Below are positions 29,410 through 39,700 of a DNA stretch of 64,000 nucleotides, piece by piece. The DNA is from Candidatus Melainabacteria bacterium 17Bon1m (GTDB lineage: Bacteria > Cyanobacteriota > Vampirovibrionia > Obscuribacterales > Obscuribacteraceae): NCBI GenBank assembly GCA_032128875.1, contig JAVLKG010000008.1:1-64000 (forward strand), in the 5' to 3' direction. A program made the position numbers and the translations under genes. Each line of letters opens with the position of its first letter. The stretch's first letter is position 1. The notes beneath the pieces were generated by a model, which made no database searches, was not told where the DNA came from, and worked only from the letters and a program-made list of their open reading frames with translations.

Positions 29410-30444
29410 TTACAGCTCTGGATATAGCCTTGGAAAAACGAGCTCTAGAGTTGAAGCGGGGAAGCGCAAATATAAGTTTCCCTTGGGCGAATCTGAAGCC
29501 AAAAGACCCATGTCGATAGCGTCAGACAAAACGCGCCGTGCGGAACGCTCTGGCAGATGCGTTATCCTCGGCGCTTCTCCGCGCGCGAACTCACCGCGAA
29601 TCAGTGCTTCCTGTAGGAGCATGGCTGTTTCTGGTCTTAAGACATCAGAAGCAGAAACAAATCTTTCCAGCCTCGCTCCAAGTTTGTCTATACCAAACAT
29701 GCCGATCATGAACGTCAGCTGATCGAGGCAGACATTTAAGAACCATTCAGTAAATTCATTCAATGCTTTCTGGGAAAGATTTCCTCGTCCGTCCAAATCG
29801 CCCTGGCGAGAGGCATCAGCACTGTCCATCATTTGCTTGTATTCCTGCCGACTTTCCAACCCCCGGGCCAGTCCGCGCGACACAGACCACAACCCATGCG
29901 CTCCAATGCCAGCCTTGAGCGCCATTGCATGACTCATTAGACGGCTGACTCTACCGTTTCCGTCCGGAAATGGATGGATATAATTGAGTCTGTGATGTGC
30001 TGCAGCAATGGATAAAATCTGGCCCGACTTGCCCATATCTGCAAAAGCGTATCGCTCTTCAAAATAGGTCATAAATTCATCAACATAGTCGCTGGACGGT
30101 GGAATCAACCTACCAACTGAAACATCTTGTTGTGAGCCTTTGCGCCACTTTCCGGGAACCATAGTGAAAGTCCTTTTGTCGCCTTTGATCTCGAGAAACT
30201 CCTTTGGCGCATGCTTGTAGAACTCTTTGTGAATCCAACAAATGAATTCTTTGCTTGCCGGCTCAGGAAGCTGGTTGTGTGCTGCCATTTCGTCAATTTT
30301 CGCCTGCACTTTAACATGCGCGGCCGCTTCTAGTTGCAGGTTTCGTCTAGTTTTGTCTTTATCCAGATCACCTTCGAGCGCAATGTTTTGGCCGATGTCG
30401 ACAACGGTGATAGCGATTTGTGATTTTTGAAAATTGTCGAGCAA
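29410..30444 (-). pseudogene. Fic-family protein, apparently 5'-truncated
   Basis: Intact HPFPDGNGRVSR motif; only a TTG start without SD; Fic-like sequence seems to begin abruptly at ALEGDLD (about 30380). Confidence 0.6.
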
Positions 30445-30532
30445 AAGAATTTGTCTTCTGCCGATACTGGCACAACCCTACGGCACGCAAAACGGGAAAT
30501 TTGGATTTTGACATGAAGTTGATCCTGTTTCC

Positions 30533-31390
30533 TCAGGGCGCGGAGCCACTGCCCGACCTTTCCCTTGACTCCAGCTCCTTGAGGCGTTTCTTCGCAGCGG
30601 CAGCCTTCTGTTTCTCACCCAAATCCGCGTATGTTTCTATCAACAATTTGCAAACTCTCACAGCATATTCCGTCTTGAATGGTCGCTCTGCCGGCGGAGT
30701 TCGTTCATTCCATTCTCCAATTGGTCCCACATCCAGGCCTTCTTCTAAATGCTTGCAGCCGCTGAGCAACCGCTCTCTAACTTCCTTCTCAGTGCGCCCC
30801 GCTGCTTTCGCGAAGTTTCCAGCAGTAATTTCCGTGTCCCCAAGATTTGTTCTCCACATCAGTTTATTCTTCTTGTATTGCCGGCATTTCTTTTGCAGGT
30901 CTATAGCTTTGTCTAAGTGCTCCATGCATTTTTCCAAATCTTTCGCTTTCTGACTGTCTTTCGCACGAGCAGTTTCGACATTTCCGAACCAGCCGTAGAC
31001 GTCACCATTGCGCGAATCAATCTCAATTGCGGTTTGATAGTCCTTTTCCGCATCATCAAACTTGCCAGACAAGTAGTGCGTAATTCCGCGTTCCAGATAC
31101 GCATCAAAGCATTTGGGATCAGCAGATACTGCCTGGTTGAGGCACTTTACAGAGTACTCAAGATCTCCACACTTCCGCAGCGCGATGCCAAAAGGAACGA
31201 TTGCTTTTACATCATTCGGATTTTTCCAGTATCGTGCACGCGCTTCTACCAACTCATCTTCAATTGCAATTTGCTCTGGTGTTTTGCCCGCATCAACGAA
31301 CCTAACGTATGCATTGAAGGAAAAAATGCAAGCAAGAATGAGAACGACGGCGGCTGCAACAGAGACCAGTGCCCATTTTGCTTTCGACAT
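30533..31390 (-). CDS. Membrane-anchored TPR protein
   Basis: N-terminal hydrophobic helix; TPR patterns (AYLERG...A..DY..AIEID). Confidence 0.75.
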   Translation of the reverse strand: MSKAKWALVSVAAAVVLILACIFSFNAYVRFVDAGKTPEQIAIEDELVEARARYWKNPNDVKAIVPFGIALRKCGDLEYSVKCLNQAVSADPKCFDAYLERGITHYLSGKFDDAEKDYQTAIEIDSRNGDVYGWFGNVETARAKDSQKAKDLEKCMEHLDKAIDLQKKCRQYKKNKLMWRTNLGDTEITAGNFAKAAGRTEKEVRERLLSGCKHLEEGLDVGPIGEWNERTPPAERPFKTEYAVRVCKLLIETYADLGEKQKAAAAKKRLKELESRERSGSGSAP

Positions 31391-31523
31391 ATCTTCTTAT
31401 CCAACGAACTATCCAACGCTGTGAATATCTTATCCTTAAGTGGGTGTGCAGCGAACAATTACTGCGTACTGGGTGCCGCGGCGTGGCAAAACAAACATAT
31501 AGATGGCAATCTAGGATGGTTTT

Positions 31524-31781
31524 ATGAGCGAAACAGAATGGCGAAAGATTATCAATGAGTGCGATCCAGCAAATCTTTTGGCGATTGGCGCTCCGTCCGA
31601 TGAATACGAGTCTGAAATCAAAGAACTCATTGAAGCTGCATCGTCATGCAACTCCGTTGATGAACTGGCACATTTGATTCACGAGTTGTTCAAAGATACG
31701 TTTGGCGATCTAACTCATGACGAAAAGGAGAAATATCAGCAAGCTGCGGAGAAAGGTTGGTTGCTACTGCACAAGGATTGA
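31524..31781 (+). CDS. DUF1871-like small acidic protein (copy 2)
   Basis: WRKIINECDPANLLAIGAPSDEYESEI; aligns end to end with the 28395 copy. Confidence 0.7.
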   Translation: MSETEWRKIINECDPANLLAIGAPSDEYESEIKELIEAASSCNSVDELAHLIHELFKDTFGDLTHDEKEKYQQAAEKGWLLLHKD

Positions 31782-32014
31782 AGTTCGCCAGCCAAAACAT
31801 CAGCCCAACTCATCAAGCAATGCTCCTGCTCCGATGGCATACCAGCCACCAGACACGTTCATAAGACGCCCGCACGCCTGGAAAGGTGATGGCGGACAAT
31901 GAAATAATAAACGCTATCTTAGTTACCCAAATGTAAAGAATAAGCTGCACAAGTATCGCGGGGTCGTCAAGACACGATAGACTTGCCAACCGTCCTTTCC
32001 ACTCCGTATGAAAA

Positions 32015-33100
32015 ATGTCCCAAAAGCGAGTCACGCTTTTAATACGTGCTGACTTGGCGCACGATCTAGAGCGCCTAGGTAATGATGCTGTTGCATCAGA
32101 AAAGCTGATCGAAGCGATTGAAATCAAAATGCGCAAATGGCTTAAAGCAAATAAGCCAAAGTTTTCGCACACCCAGTCCGCAAGTCTCAAAATGGACGTT
32201 TCAAATTCGCCTTCGCACACACGAGTCATAAGTACAAAACGTCAAAAATTTCGGGAGTTCGGCAAGCTGATTTCACAGACGCGGCAAAGCGTAGGCCTAA
32301 TATCTGCTGAAGCCGCAAAAAAACTTGGATGGACACACGAGTTCATGGTCTCTGTTGAGGGCGGACATCGCCTGCTGTCTTTCCACAAACTGATTAAATT
32401 CACTCAAACGCTAAACATATCGGCAGAGCAGACCGCATTCTTGAGGGAAAAACTGAAAGAACTAGCGCCGTTTGTTACCCGAGTCAACGTTCCTGCGGCA
32501 AAAAAGACTTCCGCAAATAGCATCAAAGACCTCGGCGCAAATGTCAGCGAACAGTGCAGCGAACCAGAGAATAACGGCGCGTGTAGCGATGCAATTAAGA
32601 AGAGCAACAATCGGATCAACACTCTTGCCAAGCCTTGGTGTTCAAAAGGTGAAACGGCACCAAATCTAAGTGCGCTTTCATTCGCGATATTGAATTCAGC
32701 AGGCGCAAACAACGAACACAACTCTGACTCGTTTCAGACTTTGACAGAGCAACACCCGCAGATACTGGAAGAGCGCGATTCTGTAGGTGCATACTATGAA
32801 TCAACTGCAGCGGCACGAGACCGGCAAAAAGTCGTTGAGGCGCAAAAGGAAGAAGCAGTGAATAACTTTTTTGGAGCTCTAGGGATTGTCATTAAAAGTC
32901 TTCGCATGGGTCTCAAACTCACTCGCAATGAGCTTGCTGCGCGAGCCAATCTTGATTCCAAGAAAATCAGAAACTTGGAAATAGGAAAGGGAATGTCTGT
33001 CGAAGAGATGTTCAAGGTTGCCGAGGCACTTGACTTAAAGCCGGGCCAATTAGCTCAGCAAGCGCAAAAACATTTGCCAGCAGACTATCAAGTGCATTAG
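32015..33100 (+). CDS. Transcriptional regulator with two XRE-type HTH domains
   Basis: FGKLISQTRQSVGL...VEGG and LGIVIKSLRMGLKLTRNELA...LEIG...VAEALDL. Confidence 0.75.
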   Translation: MSQKRVTLLIRADLAHDLERLGNDAVASEKLIEAIEIKMRKWLKANKPKFSHTQSASLKMDVSNSPSHTRVISTKRQKFREFGKLISQTRQSVGLISAEAAKKLGWTHEFMVSVEGGHRLLSFHKLIKFTQTLNISAEQTAFLREKLKELAPFVTRVNVPAAKKTSANSIKDLGANVSEQCSEPENNGACSDAIKKSNNRINTLAKPWCSKGETAPNLSALSFAILNSAGANNEHNSDSFQTLTEQHPQILEERDSVGAYYESTAAARDRQKVVEAQKEEAVNNFFGALGIVIKSLRMGLKLTRNELAARANLDSKKIRNLEIGKGMSVEEMFKVAEALDLKPGQLAQQAQKHLPADYQVH

Positions 33101-33795
33101 AAATAAAAACAAGCAAGAAGAACCAAATCAAGGTCAGCAGGGCATGCCTCTCGTAGAGACATTATCACTTGCTGACTTCTTCTCACTTTTTGACACTGCA
33201 ATGCCAGGCTGGCCACTTCATTAGTGCAATAGTCGCCGAAAACAGGTGGCATTGCTGCTTTCTGCAATGTTTAGAAATGACAACCAGCATTACAAAACTC
33301 AAAGTAGCTATAGGTTTTCCTTAGAAAGTCTCTAACCCATTGCGGCCCAAAGGTCTTTCAGCTTAATACTTGCGTTACAGAAACTATTAGCGAGAGTAGA
33401 TGCGAAGGCGAATTTAAATTTGTGTTGCACGTCACTCATTCATGACAATGCGCGTGCAGGCTGAAACAGAACCACTTTCGAATACTTGATTTCGATTGTA
33501 CGAACTGCAGCGACCAAAACCGAGGTTCCATTGTGATTGTTACGCCCAAGTTCCTATGGTCGGGTTCGCTACTCAGTTGAAACCCGGATTCCTTTAGGTC
33601 ACCAAATCGCGCCGCATCTCGGCAAAATCAAAAGAAAAAACAGCCCACCCCATAGACGCGTATGCGTGCCGTGACCTGCTACACGCCTTGGTTTCAGCAA
33701 GTAAGCATTATTCGATGTTCAGATTGAAAGAGTCTGAATATCGTCTCGACACATATTCACAACTGCAACACAATCATCCGTAAAAGGACCATTCC

Positions 33796-34371
33796 ATGCC
33801 TGAATTCATTCGGCGGATGAGACAACGACCGCCTTTGCGAACTACGGAAGAAGAATCGTATTTCGAAAAACTGCTCAAGAACATCCCCGCAGACATCGTG
33901 GCCGGTTGGACCGCACTGCAGGGCATCATCGTTGATCAGGCTAGCAATTCGCCAACCATTCAATGGATTGTTTTCGGCGTTCTGCTCGTTCTGACGCCGC
34001 TCTACGTTTGCTATATAAAGACAGAGCCAAAGGGCTTTACGCTCAACAAGATCTTCTTTTGTTTCTCCAGCCTGCTGAGCTTCACTGTCTGGGTCTTTGC
34101 CCTGGGCGGACCTTTCCTTGCGCAGTGGCCGAAGTGGTACCAACCTTACTTTGGTTCTATCGCGCTCATTCTGACTACGCTCATTCTGCCTGTGCTTGAA
34201 AGAGCCTTCTACGAGTCGAACCCGCCTGCACAGCCTCCGGTCCTCCCCCCGCCGACGCAGCAGCCACCGGTACAGACACCGACGCTGCCAGCTCCAACTG
34301 AAACGCCTCCGACGCAGACAACGGTTGAAGCGCCTCGGCAGCCTCCGGCTCAGACGCCTCCGCAGAACTAA
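33796..34371 (+). CDS. Membrane protein (about 4 TM) with Pro/Gln/Thr-rich C-terminal tail
   Basis: Hydrophobic segments, WVFALGGPF, Pro-rich tail; AAAAGGA upstream. Confidence 0.75.
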   Translation: MPEFIRRMRQRPPLRTTEEESYFEKLLKNIPADIVAGWTALQGIIVDQASNSPTIQWIVFGVLLVLTPLYVCYIKTEPKGFTLNKIFFCFSSLLSFTVWVFALGGPFLAQWPKWYQPYFGSIALILTTLILPVLERAFYESNPPAQPPVLPPPTQQPPVQTPTLPAPTETPPTQTTVEAPRQPPAQTPPQN

Positions 34372-34435
34372 ATCGGCAGACCACTTTTTGCGCTTCGGCA
34401 AAAACGATGCTAGCTGCGTCATCTTGCCATCCCCT

Positions 34436-34493
34436 GGGAGCGCGGGCGGCTCGCCCGCTTTTTCCCTGTAGGGTCGACGCCATGCGTCGACCG
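34436..34493. repeat. Two REP-like palindromes
   Basis: GGGAGCGCGGGCGGCTCGCCCGC and GTAGGGTCGACGCCATGCGTCGACC. Confidence 0.6.
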
Positions 34494-34514
34494 CAACAAT
34501 ACAAAGGAACAAAC

Positions 34515-34742
34515 ATGAGCGACAAACTCAAGATCATGCAAACCAGCATCGCCAGCCTCATCACTAACGATGAGGGTGATCTCTTCTGCGCATCAATCGG
34601 ATATCCGGAACTTCAGCTGTCTGCGAACTGCGTTTGCAATGCTCCGCGTTGCACTGATGAGCAGCCGATTCTCGATGATTCAGCATTTACTGACTATGTA
34701 TCGAAGGCCGAATTCGAGGAGTTTGTCGCCAGCGGGATTTAA
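34515..34742 (+). CDS. Small acidic Cys-containing protein (75 aa)
   Basis: AAAGGA SD before ATG 34515; four Cys (C...CVC...C). Confidence 0.55.
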   Translation: MSDKLKIMQTSIASLITNDEGDLFCASIGYPELQLSANCVCNAPRCTDEQPILDDSAFTDYVSKAEFEEFVASGI

Positions 34743-34815
34743 TCAGCCACTCATTTATTGCAGCTCGGAAAAAAACTACTACTAGCCGGCTATTGACGGC
34801 TTAGGACAATTATTT

Positions 34816-35385
34816 ATGAAACGTTCTCTCATTGCGCTCGCTTCCACAGCAGCGCTTCTTATTACCTCGGGCTGCGCTAGCTTCCAGCCTTCCACTTCCG
34901 TTCACACCGCCGCCAACAACCAGCCGACCTTCATTGATATGGATGCGTCGCGCCGAGGCGTGGTTATCATTCCACGCCCTAACAATCAGGGCTATTACGT
35001 CTGCTCCGAGCCCTCGCCCGACGTTGCGGTCGAGACCGTGAGCAAAATCCTGCTTCAGGTGAAGATGGACAACCCGAACATCGACGCCAAAACGGAAATG
35101 GAATTCCGCACCGCTGTTGTGGAACTCACCAAACGCACCCAGACGATTCTATTTTTGCGCGAATCGATGTTCCGCATCTGCGAACAGTCCATCAACCAAA
35201 ATCTCTCGCCAGAGCAGGTCACAAGGCTCTATGAGATGGCAATCACCACTGCGCTGAAGCTGGCGGAGGCCGACCTGGCGAAAAACCAGACGGAACTCGC
35301 CCGCGAACTTTCGGATTCGAAGGTTCGCGATGTTTGGCAGCGCGTGTTCGGCGACCAGCCGATGAGCGGGGCGGTTCGCAAATAA
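34816..35385 (+). CDS. Lipoprotein of unknown function
   Basis: Signal peptide with lipobox-like ITSGC; AGGA SD. Confidence 0.75.
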   Translation: MKRSLIALASTAALLITSGCASFQPSTSVHTAANNQPTFIDMDASRRGVVIIPRPNNQGYYVCSEPSPDVAVETVSKILLQVKMDNPNIDAKTEMEFRTAVVELTKRTQTILFLRESMFRICEQSINQNLSPEQVTRLYEMAITTALKLAEADLAKNQTELARELSDSKVRDVWQRVFGDQPMSGAVRK

Positions 35386-35512
35386 AGCGCTAACTTCCAA
35401 GAACACGTGGCGACGCCCTTTGCGTCGCGTCAATTTTTAGAACCAAAACTTATTGCGGCTCAAACGCTCCTGCAAACGCAGAAGTGAACAAAGCACACAA
35501 AGGAAAAGACTA

Positions 35513-36541
35513 ATGTCTAAACAAGCAATTTACCAGTACGACGTCCTCGGTCGTCTCAAAGAAGTTCAGTTTTCCACCGGCGGAAAAATCACATATAACT
35601 ACGATGAAATGGGCAATCGCACCAGCGTCGTTGAGGTTGCGGCAGCTGAAGATTGCTGCTTCAACTGGCTAGGTGATTGGGACAACGCGACCAATTACGT
35701 CATCGGCGACGCTGTCGCGTCGGGCGGTTCTTCTTATATCGCCGTGGCGGACAACGTGAACAAGCTTCCGTCTTCCAACCCAACTGAGTGGGACGTTCTT
35801 GCTCAGAAGGGCGACACGGGTGCGACCGGTGCCGCAGGTGCAACGGGCGCGACTGGTGCAGCAGGTGCAACCGGCGCCACAGGTGCAACTGGTCCTAAAG
35901 GACTTAATTGGCGCGGCACTTGGAGCAGCGCAACTGCTTACGTCGTCGATGACGCAGTCACGCTCAACGGCACATCCTACGTCGCCGTTGCAAACAACAC
36001 CAACAGCTCGCCACCCTCGGCGAACTGGAATACGCTCGCAGCCAAGGGTGATACCGGTGCAACTGGTGCAACCGGCGCAACTGGAGCCACTGGTGCAACC
36101 GGTCCGGCCGGCGCTGATGGAACAACTTCCGTACGCTACGCATTCGCTACTTCCGACTTGACGATCTCCAATGACAATGTATACAGCGAGGATACGGCTC
36201 TGACTCTCACCAATACACCGGTGGGGACATACCTTTTGGAGTGCGTTTTGCTTGTGAATCAAGCTAATGCAGGTAGAGATTTCAAATACACATTCTTTGG
36301 AAGTAATTTGACCATGCAGGGTGTTGCACTACTCAACGGTGCTCTGGCAATCGATATTTTCAACCACGGTGGAGACTGCCAACTGAACACCAACTCCGGT
36401 GACTCTGTCATAACTCTTATTGCACAAGCCACGTTTGTCAGTTCCGTCAATACCACCAAACTGAGCTGGGCACAGGTTAGCGCAGGTGCAAACAATACGA
36501 CCCGTCGTCAAGGTTCATACATTCGCCTGACCAAACTCTAA
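35513..36541 (+). CDS. YD/RHS-repeat N-terminus fused to two aromatic beta-module + collagen (GXT) units and a C-terminal beta domain
   Basis: YQYDVLGRL...YNYDEMGNR; two W.G.W...Y...DAV...G.SY.A modules; (GAT)n runs; AAGGA SD before 35513. Confidence 0.8.
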   Translation: MSKQAIYQYDVLGRLKEVQFSTGGKITYNYDEMGNRTSVVEVAAAEDCCFNWLGDWDNATNYVIGDAVASGGSSYIAVADNVNKLPSSNPTEWDVLAQKGDTGATGAAGATGATGAAGATGATGATGPKGLNWRGTWSSATAYVVDDAVTLNGTSYVAVANNTNSSPPSANWNTLAAKGDTGATGATGATGATGATGPAGADGTTSVRYAFATSDLTISNDNVYSEDTALTLTNTPVGTYLLECVLLVNQANAGRDFKYTFFGSNLTMQGVALLNGALAIDIFNHGGDCQLNTNSGDSVITLIAQATFVSSVNTTKLSWAQVSAGANNTTRRQGSYIRLTKL

Positions 36542-36746
36542 GATTTGTGCCCCTAACAAATCACGAAGCGTCACCAGAGCTGAGGTTGTTCATCTACAAC
36601 TGAAGATTCTGCTTTCTGAAGCAGTTACCTTTGGCACACGAAGCCACGTCTTTAGAATGCGTCACTCAAGCGAATTTTTCATCCCTTATTGCAGTGAACT
36701 TTGCTGGCGACACGCGAAGTGATCGCCAAACGCACGGAAACAAACA

Positions 36747-39700
36747 ATGTCACAACAGAAAATCATTTCTCTTCTCAGCTGCGGCGCTGCGACTGTGCTT
36801 CAGCGTCCCATGCACGCCCCTCAAACACCCTGGCGCGCTTTTACCCCAGGGAAATTAAGACCAATAGCACCCCCCAAATCAAGGCGAGCACTTAAAACTC
36901 TCAAAGCTCCTTCCACTCTTTGGAAAAAAAATAAGAGTAAATCGAATTTACCTTCTAACTCTCTCGTCGAACCAACTCATGTAAGCGAACTAGCCCGTTC
37001 TCTGAAACACGATGTCGACCTAATTTACGAATGGGTTCACAACAATATTGAGTTTCATCCGATCTTCGGTATCCAAAAGGGTGCATTTGGAGCCATTCTC
37101 GACGGCTACGGTACTGCAATGGATCAATGTATCCTCATGGTCGAGTTGCTGCGCGAGTCCGAATATACAGCCGACTACGTCGTTGGCTCAATTACACTCA
37201 ACAGCGCCCAGGTAGCAAATCTTTTGGGTACGGACAATTCCAGTGCAACTGTTCCCGTAACTTTGATGCAACAGGGCGGAATTCCTCTCACATTCTCGCA
37301 AAATGTGGATGGTTCACTGGAGTCGATTACCTTTACTCATTGCTGGGTGCGCGTAGTCATCGAGGGTACTGATTATTTCTTTGACCCAAGTATCAAGCAA
37401 TACACGTATAAGAATGGTATCGACCTAGCGGTTGCGACAGATTATTCGCAGACGAGCTTCCTGACAAATATTCAGTCAGGGGCAACTGTCACGGCCGATT
37501 ACGTCGAGGACCTTAACCGGTCCAACATGAACGCAGATCTCACCGAAGCTTCGATGAATCTCGTTCAGTACATTCAAAATAATATGCCCGCCGCAACCGT
37601 CCAAGATGTAGTAGGCGGCCGCTTCATCAATTTGGTTGAAAACCCGGTGCGCGAAACGTCGCACCCAAATCAGACGCCGAGCACTACTCCAGATGTATAC
37701 AACGTTGATTTGCCAACTAGCTTTAGTTGCTTGTTGGAAATTTCAATGCCTGGTCTTCTGAGCACTGTGACGCTGGACTCGCGTGACATTTCAGGAAGAA
37801 GGCTGACCCTATTCTGGGACGAGCTTGATCAGCCTATTTTGTCGCTTGACTCAGAAGTTATCGCTACGGGAACGCCTGCCACACCCGACACATGGAATCC
37901 CATAAACGTAAACGTCACCCACAATGCGTACTTCCCAAATACTGCAAATGACGTAATTACGACTAGCTCCGTCTACACCAGGCTACAGTACGTTCTTCAT
38001 TCTGCATGGGGACCGACTGGACGTCACTCAATTGAGTTTCATCGGAATCGAATCAATGAAAGCAAACTTGACGGTCTCCTTGATACAGATGAGCCCGTGC
38101 TTGGCGGCTCCATGGCAGTCCTCGCTTACACTTGGTCTGGCGAACACACGGCGAAAGTAAAACTCTTTGATGCAATAGCCAAATCACAGACGCTAATGCA
38201 TCACGAAGTGTTTTTGGGTCAGTACAACGAGACGATTGTTACCGGACTCCTTACTGTAGTTCAACCTACGTATTCATTGAATTCAACGGCGACTGTTGCG
38301 AGCAAAGCAAGCCTTGTCTCCAGCCTTTTGCTCGGAGCTACTGAATCACTCGCCGTCAAATCGGTAGCAGGCATCACCGCTCCAACCGGAACTACACTCA
38401 TTGACTTCGCGAACTCCAATGGCTTGAAAGTATTTGATACAACGGCGGCAAATTGGACTTCTGATGTGAGGCCGAACCTTACAAACTACGATACCGCAGC
38501 CCTGGACTTCATCGAAAATAGCTATATCAACAATGGCTACAGAGTACTGCTGCCGGAAGATGGCGCTATCTCAATCAACGCATTTGAAGGGTATGGCTTC
38601 CTTGCGGCGACTTCAAGCTCAGGCTTTTTGTCTTACATTATCGACGTAAAAGGTTCCTATGGTTCCGAGCAAGTTTGCCCGGATGTATTCCGGCTTCATG
38701 CGACAAAGTACGGCATTGAACCTCTCAGTGTGTACTACCCAGGAGATGTGAATTACAGAAGTTCCGATCCTGTTGATCTTGTAACCGGTAATTTCACAGC
38801 GCAATCTTCGGACCTTTTGGTTGGAAGCACCGAATTCCCATATTCTCTTGGATTCAGCAGACTTTATTGCTCAGGAAGACGTTATACCGACCCCGTTGGT
38901 CTCGGACGTGGTTGGACTCACAACTTTGATCTAACGGTTTCAGAGAACAGCGATGCTTTTCTCGCACTGGGAGATGACCAAGCAATTCCGGCTGCATCTG
39001 CTATTTCAGCACTTTATATTTCGCTCGATCTCATGGTCGATCAGCTCACAACTTCAAATGTGAGATTGGTTGCAATTTCCATGATTAGTGAATGGCTCAT
39101 CGCACAACTCGCTGATAACACAGTTGTCGTCGGTCTCGGAGATAACACTCAGACTTTCGTAAAACTCCCCGATGGTTCGTATAAGGCTCCTGCTTCCGTG
39201 GACCTTAGGCTTGAAAAAAACATAGACGATACATTTACTGCCACAACCCCACAGGGAGTCACTTTCAATTACAGCCAAAGCGGAAAAATCGTCAGCCAGG
39301 TGTTTCCATTCGGAATCACCGTGAATTTCGAATATGACTTTTCAGATCGACTGATCAAAGTTGGGAACGACTTCAATCGCTTTATTGAGCTAGCGTATGA
39401 CGGCGATCGGATGGTTTCAGTATCAGACCATGCGGAGCGGATTGTGTCCTTTGGCTATGACGTCGATGGGAACCTAATTTCCTCCTCTAACACTTTGGCG
39501 AAGATTACGACTTACTCGTACGACATTCCCGGACGTCTTACACAGATGTTCCTTCCTGCCAACCCTACCGTTCCTGTCGTGACAAACACATACGATTCAA
39601 TGGACAGGGTCTACCTGCAGACTGACGCACTTAACCATGAAACAGAGTTTTTCATCGCAGGTTCTAGGACGGAACAAGTCGATGCCGCTGGTCATTCTAG

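Noticed and set aside
33555-33595. GGTTCG-containing hairpin as tRNA
   Set aside because: No cloverleaf or acceptor stem could be built
34515-34742. RiPP precursor
   Set aside because: No modifying enzyme, dedicated peptidase or transporter adjacent
35513-36541. Prophage tail fibre
   Set aside because: No other phage structural or integrase genes in the window; the N-terminus is RHS-type
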